Position numbers and translations under genes: made by a program
NCBI GenBank assembly: GCA_965207455.1
Contig: CBDBMJ010000003.1
Coordinates: 1-64,000 of the forward strand
From: Bdellovibrionota bacterium
Lineage (GTDB): Bacteria; Bdellovibrionota; UBA1018; CAIPTA01; JAALKR01
Length of the DNA: 64,000 nt
Reading direction: 5' to 3'
Notes under the pieces: model-generated
Told to the model about the DNA's origin: nothing
Seen by the model: only the letters and a program-made list of their open reading frames with translations
The model's database searches: none
Shown: piece by piece, positions 50,350 to 59,777 of the stretch
Layout of the letters: each line of letters begins with the position of its first letter
How positions within the stretch are numbered: the stretch's first letter is position 1

Positions 50350-51603
50350 ATGGTTTTCTTTATTTCTTTATTTTGCGCATCGCTCCTTTCCGGCGCGAGC
50401 TTCGCCTTAGAGCCCCCTCGCTATACTGTAAATCAACAGGAAGAGTTTTGGGTTTGGAATTTGAAGGTAATGCCCCCTGGGGACCGTTTGGTGCAAGCAA
50501 GAGCTACTGCTGTAGGCGATAGAAGCTATATTTTTGTGGAGAACGATTTATGGAAATCGGCCATATACCCCCAACAGGTAGAAAGACTCTTTCATCGTTT
50601 GGAGTCCGCAGGAAAGCCCAGTGGTTTCTTTCCACGCTTGGGTGTTCTTTCTGCCTTGGAAGCCCTATTTGCTCCTCTTCCCAAGATCGTCCGATCTGAC
50701 GAGAGGCTAGTGGTACTGCTAACCAACCTATATTCCTACAAAGATCACACATTCGATGGTTACTATAATGCCTTCGATCAATTGACCAAAGACATTGCTT
50801 ACGAGAAGTACAAGCAACAATCCAATGAAGTAAATATGATTTATATCGATTACCGAACCATGGGAGCGATAGACGATTTAGAGGGAGAGGAAATAACTGC
50901 TTCCATTATCGCCCATGAGTCCACTCATTTAATCGACGATGTTGCTGGCTCGTCTCCCCCTAGGGAGCATTGGTTTTCCGAACTACTCGGTGAGATGTCC
51001 ATGGTAGCTACAGGGTATTTTACGGATCAAACGCAAATAAATAAGTTTGCTCTGTCCCCTGAGAAGTTCTCTCTTTTGAGTAAATCCTATGTGCACTATG
51101 GGCCTCTAGCGCTATTTGCTGCTTATTTGATGGATCGTTTGCCTAAAAATAAAATAACTCCTCATATTCAAAAACTCTTTCATTCTACGCTAGATAGCAG
51201 GAAGACAGTGGAGCAAATGGTTCTTGAGTCCACAGGAAAGGCAGTGGCTTTTGATGACATCTACGGCGATTTTATCTCTTACCTATACACGACCTCCAAA
51301 CAGATGAACACCATACCCTGGGGACAGGGCTTTTATGTTCCCACGCTAAAACCAGTGGCCCGTGTGGACCACTACCCGTTTCATTTAGAGAGTTCCATAA
51401 GCCCGTACTCCTTTGCCATTATTGATTTAGATATACCTCCTACCGCAAGGGTGGAACTGAAAATAACTAAGCCCGCAGAGGGTGATTGTCCCTATCACTT
51501 GCGCTGGAAAAAACTTTCTAAAGCCATTGCGGTGTATGCCGTAGGTTGCACACCCGCATCGAAAAAATCTTCCATGGAATATACGCTTTCTATTTATGAA
51601 TAA
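50350..51603 (+). CDS. Secreted zinc metallopeptidase-like protein
   Basis: Signal peptide; IAHESTHL (HExxH) followed by WFSELLGE. Confidence 0.65.
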   Translation: MVFFISLFCASLLSGASFALEPPRYTVNQQEEFWVWNLKVMPPGDRLVQARATAVGDRSYIFVENDLWKSAIYPQQVERLFHRLESAGKPSGFFPRLGVLSALEALFAPLPKIVRSDERLVVLLTNLYSYKDHTFDGYYNAFDQLTKDIAYEKYKQQSNEVNMIYIDYRTMGAIDDLEGEEITASIIAHESTHLIDDVAGSSPPREHWFSELLGEMSMVATGYFTDQTQINKFALSPEKFSLLSKSYVHYGPLALFAAYLMDRLPKNKITPHIQKLFHSTLDSRKTVEQMVLESTGKAVAFDDIYGDFISYLYTTSKQMNTIPWGQGFYVPTLKPVARVDHYPFHLESSISPYSFAIIDLDIPPTARVELKITKPAEGDCPYHLRWKKLSKAIAVYAVGCTPASKKSSMEYTLSIYE

Positions 51604-54409
51604 CAGGAAAAATATCTCTCTCAAGGGAGCAAGGCAGAATAACCTCAAAAATATCAATGCCGAAATTCCTTTAAAAAAAATAACCGTGGTGACGGGAGTT
51701 TCCGGTTCGGGAAAATCTAGCCTAGCGTTTGATACTTTATATGCTGAGGGTTCTTGTCGTTATATGGAAAGTATGTCTACGTATGCACGTCAATTCTTGG
51801 AACAAATGCCCAGACCAGATGTGGACTCTATCCACAATCTTCCTCCAGCAATTGCCCTGGAACAGCGAAATTCCATCACCAGTTCCCGCACCACAATTTC
51901 AGATATAACGGAACTGGCAGACCACTTTCGTCTACTCTTTGCTGCCATTAGCACACAGAGCTGTATTGTTTGCAAGCATCCCCATGTTGGAGTAAATACC
52001 GCAGAAAATCTTGTCTCCACCATAGAAAAGCTGCCCAAGAAAACGCGATTCTATATACTAGCTTCTTTAGATAATTTAGAAATACAAAGTGAAACAAAGG
52101 AGGACAGCCCGTTTCTGGGACAAAATCTTTACAAACGGGGCTTCCAGCGCCTGTTGGTGAATAATGAGGTGGTGGATCTATCGTCGGCAGAGGGACAAAT
52201 TTTTAATCCCAGCCAAATGGAAGCCTTTGTGATCGTGGATCGTTTGGTGATTTCAAGCTCCATGGAAGAGGAGCGCCCCCGTTTACTCGAATCCATTGAA
52301 ACTGCTTTTCTCTATGGCGACGGAAAATTGGAAATTCGATCCGCTGGAGGAGAAAGCATCCTCCGGGCCTCCCAGGGATATTCCTGCCTATCCTGTGGTC
52401 ATATGCATATTCCCCCCTCTCCCCCACTATTTTCTTCTAACTCACCCCTTGGTGCTTGCTCCACCTGCAACGGGTTTGGAGAAATTTTGGAGCTGGACGA
52501 AAAATTAATAATCCCCAATCCGGACGAAACCTTAGATAGGGGAGCCGTGGATCCTCTCCATAAACCCTCTTACCTCCATTGGGAAAAGGAAATGCTCCAA
52601 GCAATGGGCTATGCCTCCCGTTCGAGCTATTCGGACCTAACACCGGAGAAGAAAGCACTTCTTTGGGACGGGGATGAAAAGTTCGCAGGTATCCATAGTT
52701 ATTTTGAGCGATTAAAGCAAAAGCGCTACAAAATTCATGTGCGGGTATTTATACGAAGGTACCAGACTTTGCGTTTATGTGATTCTTGTACGGGAAGTCG
52801 CCTGTCCCCAGCCCCCCTAAGGTATAGCGTTCAAGGAAAGAGTATTGCAAATATTTTCGACTTAACCATTAAGCAATGCCTCCAATGGGCACAAGACCTT
52901 TCCCTTCCGAAACACGAACAGGAAAAAGCAAAAGAAATCATCTCTCAGATTAGTGCACGACTGTCCTTTCTTGAATCCTTAGGCATCTCCTACTTAAAAC
53001 TCAACCGTAAGGCCAATAGCCTATCGGGGGGAGAGTACCAGCGAATTTGTCTAGCCTCACAGTTAGGCTCAAAACTTTCCAATACCTTATATGTATTAGA
53101 CGAACCGTCCATTGGCCTCCATCCCGTGGACGTGGGCCGACTCATTAATGCCATCAAAGAACTTCGCTCCCATGGAAACACACTGGTGGTGGTGGAGCAC
53201 GACATGGAAATCATGCGAGCCGCAGACTTTCTCATTGAACTGGGTCCACAGGCAGGCGCCCAAGGAGGAGCTTTAATTTCCATCGGTACTAAAGATCGTT
53301 TTTTAAAAAACCGGAAATCCATTAGTGCCCGTTATATGTCGGGTGAATTAAAAATTCCCCAGCCCAAGAAGCGCAGAAAGCCCTCAGAAAAAGTACTGAA
53401 GATGACAAAATGTAGTTCGAATAATTTAAAAAATATAGATCTTGTAATTCCCCTTGGCACGTTGGTAGCTGTAACTGGAGTAAGTGGATCTGGAAAATCA
53501 ACCTTAATTCACGATACTTTTTATAAAGCGTTGGCAAAATTTGTGGGAAAGGAACCCATACCAGATAATGAAATGGGAAAGTTTAATGAAATTCATGGAA
53601 TGGAGAATATACAGGAAGTTTCCTTACTCAATCAAAAACCCATTGGTCGTAATATACGAAGTAATCCAGCCACGTATTTAAAAATTTACGACGAAATCCG
53701 ACGAGTAATGGCCATTCAACCCCAATCAGCTCGCCTCCACCTCACCCCCACCCATTTTTCTTTTAACGTGGACTCAGGCAGGTGTGAAAACTGTAAGGGG
53801 GAAGGGTTTGTGGAAGTGGATATGCACTTTATGGCAAACATGCGACTCACTTGTGAAGAATGCGACGGAAAACGATTTAAAAAACATGTGCTGGGTGTGC
53901 ACTATAAAGGGAAAAATATTGACGATATTCTCCACACCACCATTTCAGAAGCAAAAATATTTTTTAAAGATTTTCCCCTTATTGTGCAAAAACTAAATAC
54001 CCTAGACAATGTGGGATTGAGTTACCTCCAATTGGGGCAAAGCCTAAGCTCTCTTTCTGGAGGGGAATGCCAACGCTTAAAAATTGCCTCTACCATTGTC
54101 AACTCCTCCGCAAAACTAACCCATCAAATGCTCATATTCGACGAACCCACCACGGGACTCCACCTCCACGACATTCACCACCTAATAAAACTCTTCCACA
54201 CCCTAGTGGATAAAAAAAATACGGTGGTTTTTATCGAGCATAGCTTGGACATGATCGCCCAAGCGGACTGGATCATCGACCTAGGCCCCAAGGGAGGCGA
54301 CGAAGGTGGCGACATTATGGCACAGGGACCACCTGAGTCCGTCATCCGTGAGTCAAAATCTGTAACAGGAAAATTTCTAGCTCCATTTTTAAACAAAAAA
54401 AAATCCTAG
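51596..54409 (+). CDS. uvrA: Excinuclease ABC subunit A (UvrA family)
   Basis: GARQNNLKNI, two TGVSGSGKS Walker A motifs, LSGGE signatures, zinc fingers. Confidence 0.93.
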   Translation: MNNRKNISLKGARQNNLKNINAEIPLKKITVVTGVSGSGKSSLAFDTLYAEGSCRYMESMSTYARQFLEQMPRPDVDSIHNLPPAIALEQRNSITSSRTTISDITELADHFRLLFAAISTQSCIVCKHPHVGVNTAENLVSTIEKLPKKTRFYILASLDNLEIQSETKEDSPFLGQNLYKRGFQRLLVNNEVVDLSSAEGQIFNPSQMEAFVIVDRLVISSSMEEERPRLLESIETAFLYGDGKLEIRSAGGESILRASQGYSCLSCGHMHIPPSPPLFSSNSPLGACSTCNGFGEILELDEKLIIPNPDETLDRGAVDPLHKPSYLHWEKEMLQAMGYASRSSYSDLTPEKKALLWDGDEKFAGIHSYFERLKQKRYKIHVRVFIRRYQTLRLCDSCTGSRLSPAPLRYSVQGKSIANIFDLTIKQCLQWAQDLSLPKHEQEKAKEIISQISARLSFLESLGISYLKLNRKANSLSGGEYQRICLASQLGSKLSNTLYVLDEPSIGLHPVDVGRLINAIKELRSHGNTLVVVEHDMEIMRAADFLIELGPQAGAQGGALISIGTKDRFLKNRKSISARYMSGELKIPQPKKRRKPSEKVLKMTKCSSNNLKNIDLVIPLGTLVAVTGVSGSGKSTLIHDTFYKALAKFVGKEPIPDNEMGKFNEIHGMENIQEVSLLNQKPIGRNIRSNPATYLKIYDEIRRVMAIQPQSARLHLTPTHFSFNVDSGRCENCKGEGFVEVDMHFMANMRLTCEECDGKRFKKHVLGVHYKGKNIDDILHTTISEAKIFFKDFPLIVQKLNTLDNVGLSYLQLGQSLSSLSGGECQRLKIASTIVNSSAKLTHQMLIFDEPTTGLHLHDIHHLIKLFHTLVDKKNTVVFIEHSLDMIAQADWIIDLGPKGGDEGGDIMAQGPPESVIRESKSVTGKFLAPFLNKKKS

Positions 54410-54417
54410 CAGCCATA

Positions 54418-55182
54418 ATGATTCTACTAATCCTCTCTATCCTCACATCACTCATACCCTCCCCAACACTTGCCACCACCTTTGGCGAGATTCATCTTAC
54501 CCGTCAACTCCAAAGAGCTCCCCATATTGCTCGTGTGGGCATTGGCGAGCGAACCGTGGAAAAAAATCCCCAAGATAGACTAACCCATACCTATTGGGAA
54601 GCCTCTGTTTTGGAGGTGTTTAGTTCCCGTCCCTTAGAGGAGAACATTCGTATCCGTCAACCAGGAGGCATCATCGACGGTTCCGGTTCTCAAGTATTGG
54701 GTACAGCCTCTTTTACAGAGGGAGAGGAAAGCATTGTTCTGCTACGGGATACCAAGGAAGATGCTAAGGAACTGATTGGCCTAGCCTCAGGAAAGTACAC
54801 CATAACAAAAAACGCCTCAGGAAAAGAAATACTAAAAAGTGGATTAGGCGTTGTGCTGAAAAACCAAAAGAACCAAATTTTTCGCCTACAAGATTTTCGC
54901 AACCTTATGGAAAGAATAAAAACAAAGACTCTTACCCCAGGAGATAAATCCATAACCATTAACCTAGAGAAAACGCACCACAATCATTTAAATAATCACA
55001 AACCCCCCAGGAACATAGAAAGCTCCACTCCAACAACCTCCCAACCCCCTGAAACTCGTCAAAAAGATAGGGAAGAAAGAAAAGAAAGGGAAAACCCACC
55101 TTCTTTTTTTTGGTGGACTGTGGGCGCCCTACTCGCGAGTACCCTCCTAATCACCCTAGCCTTGAAACATTACCGTTCTTAG
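54418..55182 (+). CDS. Hypothetical exported protein with C-terminal membrane anchor
   Basis: 254 aa; signal peptide, RQPGG...GTASFTEGEE motif, C-terminal TM segment. Confidence 0.65.
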   Translation: MILLILSILTSLIPSPTLATTFGEIHLTRQLQRAPHIARVGIGERTVEKNPQDRLTHTYWEASVLEVFSSRPLEENIRIRQPGGIIDGSGSQVLGTASFTEGEESIVLLRDTKEDAKELIGLASGKYTITKNASGKEILKSGLGVVLKNQKNQIFRLQDFRNLMERIKTKTLTPGDKSITINLEKTHHNHLNNHKPPRNIESSTPTTSQPPETRQKDREERKERENPPSFFWWTVGALLASTLLITLALKHYRS

Positions 55183-55214
55183 GGATATACTGTTTACATA
55201 GGGAGAAGAGGGAT

Positions 55215-55748
55215 ATGTCAAAATTTACTATACTACCCATACTTGTTTTTTTCATCACCCATAGCCTTTGGGCAAACTTTTCCCCTCGCACCGTGGTACC
55301 CGCCTCTAAGGGAAAATTTCAAAAATACCAAGTAGACGCAATCATTCGCGGGGGCTACGCCCTAGCCAAAAATAGCAAAATATCTAAAATTCGTTGGGCA
55401 AGAAAAAATGGCTTTGAACGCTTGGTACTGGAAGTAATATTGGAGGGCACAAAGCAAACCAACCGATCTCCACCCTACTTTCAAGTGGCCCTAGAACCAA
55501 ACAAGGGAAAGGTGAACCTGGGAATACGAAGCATAAAAAACGTGCTGTTTTCTCAAAAGGAAGTCCAGCGTATTGCACAGTCCAGTGGACTGATCAAGAG
55601 CGCCTACCTTGCACCCATGTTGCAGGATAAACTTGTGCTACTGAATCTACAAATGCAAGTACCTGTGGACGTTGAAGCCTTTTATTTAGTCAATCCACCT
55701 AGAATTGTGCTGGATATTCGAGCAAGAAAAACGACAACCCCACTATAA
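55215..55748 (+). CDS. Hypothetical periplasmic protein, AMIN-like domain
   Basis: Start MSKFTIL after GAGGG; GFERLVLE and FYLVNPPRIVLDI motifs. Confidence 0.6.
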   Translation: MSKFTILPILVFFITHSLWANFSPRTVVPASKGKFQKYQVDAIIRGGYALAKNSKISKIRWARKNGFERLVLEVILEGTKQTNRSPPYFQVALEPNKGKVNLGIRSIKNVLFSQKEVQRIAQSSGLIKSAYLAPMLQDKLVLLNLQMQVPVDVEAFYLVNPPRIVLDIRARKTTTPL

Positions 55749-55780
55749 CCCCACTATAACCCCAACTATAAACCTACCGC

Positions 55781-56383
55781 TTAGTATGCTTCTTTAATTT
55801 GCTTAAAGTAATAGCAATATTTTTCGTCAGTTTTAGTTGAACCGAGCCAAAAGGGAAGAAATGAATCATATTTAGCCAGAAAGTACTCTGTTTCTTTCTC
55901 TGATCCTCGCTCTACTACTACTATCTTTTTTAAGTGAACTTCAATATCTGTCATATCCAAAAAAATAGCATAGCTTAAAACAAGGCTGTTATTTTCCTCT
56001 TTTGCAGACACCGCACGCTTATTTATAAAGTTTGTCAACTGTTCTATACGCCCTTCACTTTCTTCCATAAAACTCTCATAATAGCCTAGCTTATTAGAGA
56101 CTAAGGCTCCAAAGATGAGTTTATATTTATAACCGATGGTCTCAAGTCCAGCAAGTAGTGAAGGTATGGGAACTGCTGGGCGCTCAATATCAAAGCATCG
56201 TCCACTTCTCCAACCAAGAGCGTCGCCATCCTTTGCTGGGCTTGCCTTCTCAAAAACCTCTTCCAGTTTGCTGTAGCTCGCATTATCCATTGGACCCACA
56301 TCAGCTAATGACTCCTCACTCAGTACTCTAGCTACTGCTGGCACAGAAAATGCACATAAAAAAATCAGTATATAGTATTTCAT
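55781..56383 (-). CDS. Hypothetical secreted protein
   Basis: 200 aa; AAGGAG RBS, signal peptide, AT-rich upstream region. Confidence 0.65.
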   Translation of the reverse strand: MKYYILIFLCAFSVPAVARVLSEESLADVGPMDNASYSKLEEVFEKASPAKDGDALGWRSGRCFDIERPAVPIPSLLAGLETIGYKYKLIFGALVSNKLGYYESFMEESEGRIEQLTNFINKRAVSAKEENNSLVLSYAIFLDMTDIEVHLKKIVVVERGSEKETEYFLAKYDSFLPFWLGSTKTDEKYCYYFKQIKEAY

Positions 56384-56544
56384 TTTTTTGCTCCTTTTTT
56401 TTATTGCACACTAAAATTGCAGTATATATTATTACATAATATATTTAAATAGTCAAGTATTATTTAGCCAAACGAGTTAAAACTGCAACTTATTGTTTTT
56501 ATTAATTTAATTGAACAAGACAGGGGGAAAGACAGATTAAGAAC

Positions 56545-56907
56545 CTATTCGGATACAAAGGTACGCACTGCTATTCCACGAGCCGTAGTACGCAGGAAAC
56601 CGTTTCGTACTTGAAATTGAATAATAGCATTGGCACCCAGTAGGGCAGCTTCCTCTTGCAGAGAGGCTTTTGCATCGTCGCCGTCGCCCCAAACCATGGT
56701 ACTTACGGAAGCGAGGCGCTTGTATTGAATGGCAAGGTCTGCTTGAGGAGACACAATAACGGATTCTGGCTCTGTGGGCTCATAAACCTTCGTTTGCTTG
56801 GGAATAAAAAAAGTGGAGTAGGAACAAGCCCCCAAAAATAAAAACGACAATAAAAGCGGCAATAAAAAAATCAACCCGTATGTTCTATTCACCATATTGA
56901 ACCGCAA
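56545..56907 (-). CDS. Lipoprotein, YbjQ/dodecin-like fold
   Basis: Lipobox LGA|C; LQEEAALLGANAII...ARGIAV. Confidence 0.65.
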   Translation of the reverse strand: MRFNMVNRTYGLIFLLPLLLSFLFLGACSYSTFFIPKQTKVYEPTEPESVIVSPQADLAIQYKRLASVSTMVWGDGDDAKASLQEEAALLGANAIIQFQVRNGFLRTTARGIAVRTFVSE

Positions 56908-57220
56908 TTCCTTTCACATGAAGCGTGGGAAAAATATCTAGGGAATAATCTATGGACACGTTTACCACGGCGTCAGCTCCCAATTCCGCAGCCTCTTCTT
57001 TCAACGCCTCTACTGCCCAAACTCCACTAGTACCCAAACGAACAGTGGATAAAATAGCAAATGGTCGCGACCTCACAGGGGGAGAACCTAAATATATCAT
57101 AACGTCTCTTGGTCTCTTAGGAACGGAGAAATCCTCGTCCACTAAAAAAACTGTGGTTGTGTTGGCACAACTTGTGCACATTATAGCAACAAAAAATAAA
57201 AACCTAAAACGCATACGCAA
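56885..57220 (-). CDS. Lipoprotein, YbjQ/dodecin-like fold (paralog of neighbour)
   Basis: CTS|C lipobox-like; LKEEAAELGADAVV...VKGIAV. Confidence 0.65.
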   Translation of the reverse strand: MRMRFRFLFFVAIMCTSCANTTTVFLVDEDFSVPKRPRDVMIYLGSPPVRSRPFAILSTVRLGTSGVWAVEALKEEAAELGADAVVNVSIDYSLDIFPTLHVKGIAVQYGE

Positions 57221-57947
57221 TCGCCAATCCTGGAAAACTTTCTAAAACAGTCTCGTGACTAATATACTCTATAATTAAAGACCAGCCCCTATAAATTTTT
57301 GCTTCAATGCCACCTCCAATGATCATACCAGCCACACCTTCTTGCAATGTATCCATCCTAAGAGCAAACTCCCCCCCCAATAAAATAAAAGGAGAAACCG
57401 ACAAAGGAATCAAATGATAGGTGAGAAAAAAACTGCCCACAAACTTCTGCTCCTTCACCTTGGGGTGAAAAAATCGAGAACTGGCAGCAATACCCATTCC
57501 CAAGCGATTGAAGTTATGGGTCATAAAAGCTCCCACACCAGGGGTGCGCCCCTCCCCACTAATGGCAAAAAGGTTGGAGCGATACCCTTTTCTACCTAAA
57601 ACAGGATGACGATAGGCTTTATTGGGCTGCAAATCCTCTGCCAACTGTGCCTCCAGCTTTGTGAAATCAATATTTTCATCAGGCCTGTGGGTTCTTCTTT
57701 TCTTCAGAAGCGTGCCGTCGTCCAGATCTGAAGTGGAATCCAGCGGTTCTGAGTCTAAGCGTTCTTCTGGTGAACCGGGTGATGGGGCTTCATCTGTGGT
57801 TTCATCTCTAATGTCATCTGTAGCTTCATCTGTGGTTTTATCTGTGGCTTCTTCCCGTCCCAAGCCCTGAGCGAAAACCGTTCCAACCCCTAATCCAAGG
57901 TACAGGCACACCAAGCCAAAACCCATCCATTTTCCATAGAACTTCAT
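57204..57947 (-). CDS. Hypothetical outer-membrane beta-barrel protein
   Basis: Signal peptide, acidic TDE repeats, beta-strands, C-terminal aromatic YAF. Confidence 0.6.
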   Translation of the reverse strand: MKFYGKWMGFGLVCLYLGLGVGTVFAQGLGREEATDKTTDEATDDIRDETTDEAPSPGSPEERLDSEPLDSTSDLDDGTLLKKRRTHRPDENIDFTKLEAQLAEDLQPNKAYRHPVLGRKGYRSNLFAISGEGRTPGVGAFMTHNFNRLGMGIAASSRFFHPKVKEQKFVGSFFLTYHLIPLSVSPFILLGGEFALRMDTLQEGVAGMIIGGGIEAKIYRGWSLIIEYISHETVLESFPGLAIAYAF

Positions 57948-58442
57948 ATATGTTTAGGTTAACAGAAATAGAAAAAATATTTATAGAAAAGGGCTGTTCC
58001 TGCTAGGCAGTCAATTCATTAAAGAGCTGGCTGCCATAACAAGGAATTTATATAGGGTCAGCGAAGAGCTCGTTTTTTCTTCGTAAATACTGTAATATCG
58101 CCAACGTTTACACAACCGTAAGTAACTTCCAATGTCCATCTATCCCGAGAACTATTTTGACTATGGAAAAAGTTTTTATTTTCTAGACGCTCCCACTCTG
58201 AAAAAAAGAACTCAATCCCTTTGTCCTGAAAAGCGAAATGGACAAAAAACTAGACCAGCTTTTTTTATTATTGCAGCAGTCTAAGAATGGAAAAGCGGCA
58301 TGATTTCAACGCGATGCTCCTTGGTGCGTTTTCATTATGAGTCAATACGAGGCTTTCCACAATCGGCTAAATTATCATCTTTTTTCATTCGGGGGTGTTT
58401 CCATGGTGCTATTCAGAGTATGAATAGAGAAAAAGGAAAAAA

Positions 58443-59777
58443 ATGGACAAAATTTCCACAAGTCCTCTTTCAGGATTTCGAGACTTTCTACCTCAGGAAA
58501 GTGCTGCTCGCGCTTGGGCACTGGATACTATTGCAAAGGCCTATGGTGCTTATGGCTTTCAGCCCATCATAACTCCCAGTTGTGAGCGTTTGGCGACCCT
58601 TCAGGGAAAGGGTGCTGGTCAGGAGAATGAGCATCTTATTTTTAAATTACAAAAGCGGGGGAGGTCGTTGGAAAAGGCTTTTACCCAGGCGACGCCTGAA
58701 AATTTAGACACTCTCAGCGACATGGGCTTGCGCTTTGATCTCACGCTCTTACTAGCGCGCTATTATGCCCATTTTCAGCTTCCTCAGCCCTTCAAGGTGT
58801 TTCAGTGCGGGCCTGTTTGGCGTGCCGAGCGTCCACAAAAGGGAAGGTATAGGGAGTTTTTTCAATGCGACGTGGATGTTCTCGGAAGCGCCTCCATAGG
58901 AGCAGAGGTGGATTGTTTGCAAGCGATTGCTCTGGCCATGCACCAGATGGGTATTGGCAAGGTGGAATTTCATCTCAATGATCGACGTCTTTTGGATGCC
59001 TTGGGCACAAATCTGGGTATTCCTCCTGATCAGTGGACGGGTGTACTGGTAACAATGGATAAGTTGGACAAGATAGGAATCGACGGTGTGACCCAGGAGT
59101 TGGGGAAAAAAATACCGAAGCCAGAAAAAATTATTAGCGCCTTTACTGGTCGCAAGACTTTAAGGGAATGGAGTGAAATTGCCCCCACAGCGGTTGACAG
59201 TCTTGGGGAGATTTTTGCCTGCTTGGAGCCGACTCTAACTGAAAAGGATCAGTCCCTTCACTTTTCTCCCACTCTGGTGCGTGGGCAGAATTATTATACG
59301 GGAACGATTTTTGAAATTCGCAAGCCTTCCCTAGGTTACTCCCTTGGCGGTGGTGGGCGCTATGATCGACTGCTGGAGTTGTTTGACGTTCCTTCCACAC
59401 CGGCGTTTGGCGGCAGTATTGGTTTTGAGAGGATAATCCCCCTTTTGTTGGAGAGCAAAGACAAACCTTTCGTGCTTCCCACGCCCCAAGTTTTCTTTCC
59501 TCTCTTTTCCTCAGGCCTCTATGGAAAGGTGAACGATTTGGCAGAAAAATTGCGCAAAAAGGATATAAGCGTAGATGTATTTCCCGATGCCGTGAAGCTC
59601 AAGCGACAGTTTCGGTATGCAGAGGCACGGGATATTCCCTATGTGGCTAGTATTGGTGAGAGTGAGTTAGACCAGGGGACAGTTACATGTAAGAATATGA
59701 AGACAGGCAAGGAAGAAACAATGGATGAAAGTGCATTTATTATAGAAATGGAAAAAAAATGTCGAAACAACCGTTAG
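58443..59777 (+). CDS. hisS: Histidine--tRNA ligase
   Basis: GFRDFLP, LRFDLT, VWRAERPQKGRYREFFQCDVD, LVRGQNYYTG, GGGRYD. Confidence 0.97.
   Translation: MDKISTSPLSGFRDFLPQESAARAWALDTIAKAYGAYGFQPIITPSCERLATLQGKGAGQENEHLIFKLQKRGRSLEKAFTQATPENLDTLSDMGLRFDLTLLLARYYAHFQLPQPFKVFQCGPVWRAERPQKGRYREFFQCDVDVLGSASIGAEVDCLQAIALAMHQMGIGKVEFHLNDRRLLDALGTNLGIPPDQWTGVLVTMDKLDKIGIDGVTQELGKKIPKPEKIISAFTGRKTLREWSEIAPTAVDSLGEIFACLEPTLTEKDQSLHFSPTLVRGQNYYTGTIFEIRKPSLGYSLGGGGRYDRLLELFDVPSTPAFGGSIGFERIIPLLLESKDKPFVLPTPQVFFPLFSSGLYGKVNDLAEKLRKKDISVDVFPDAVKLKRQFRYAEARDIPYVASIGESELDQGTVTCKNMKTGKEETMDESAFIIEMEKKCRNNR

Noticed and set aside
57948..58442. Small gene or ncRNA upstream of hisS (including the 90-aa ORF 58300-58572)
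   Set aside because: No recognisable protein motif, RBS or RNA structure; the ORF overlaps hisS out of frame.
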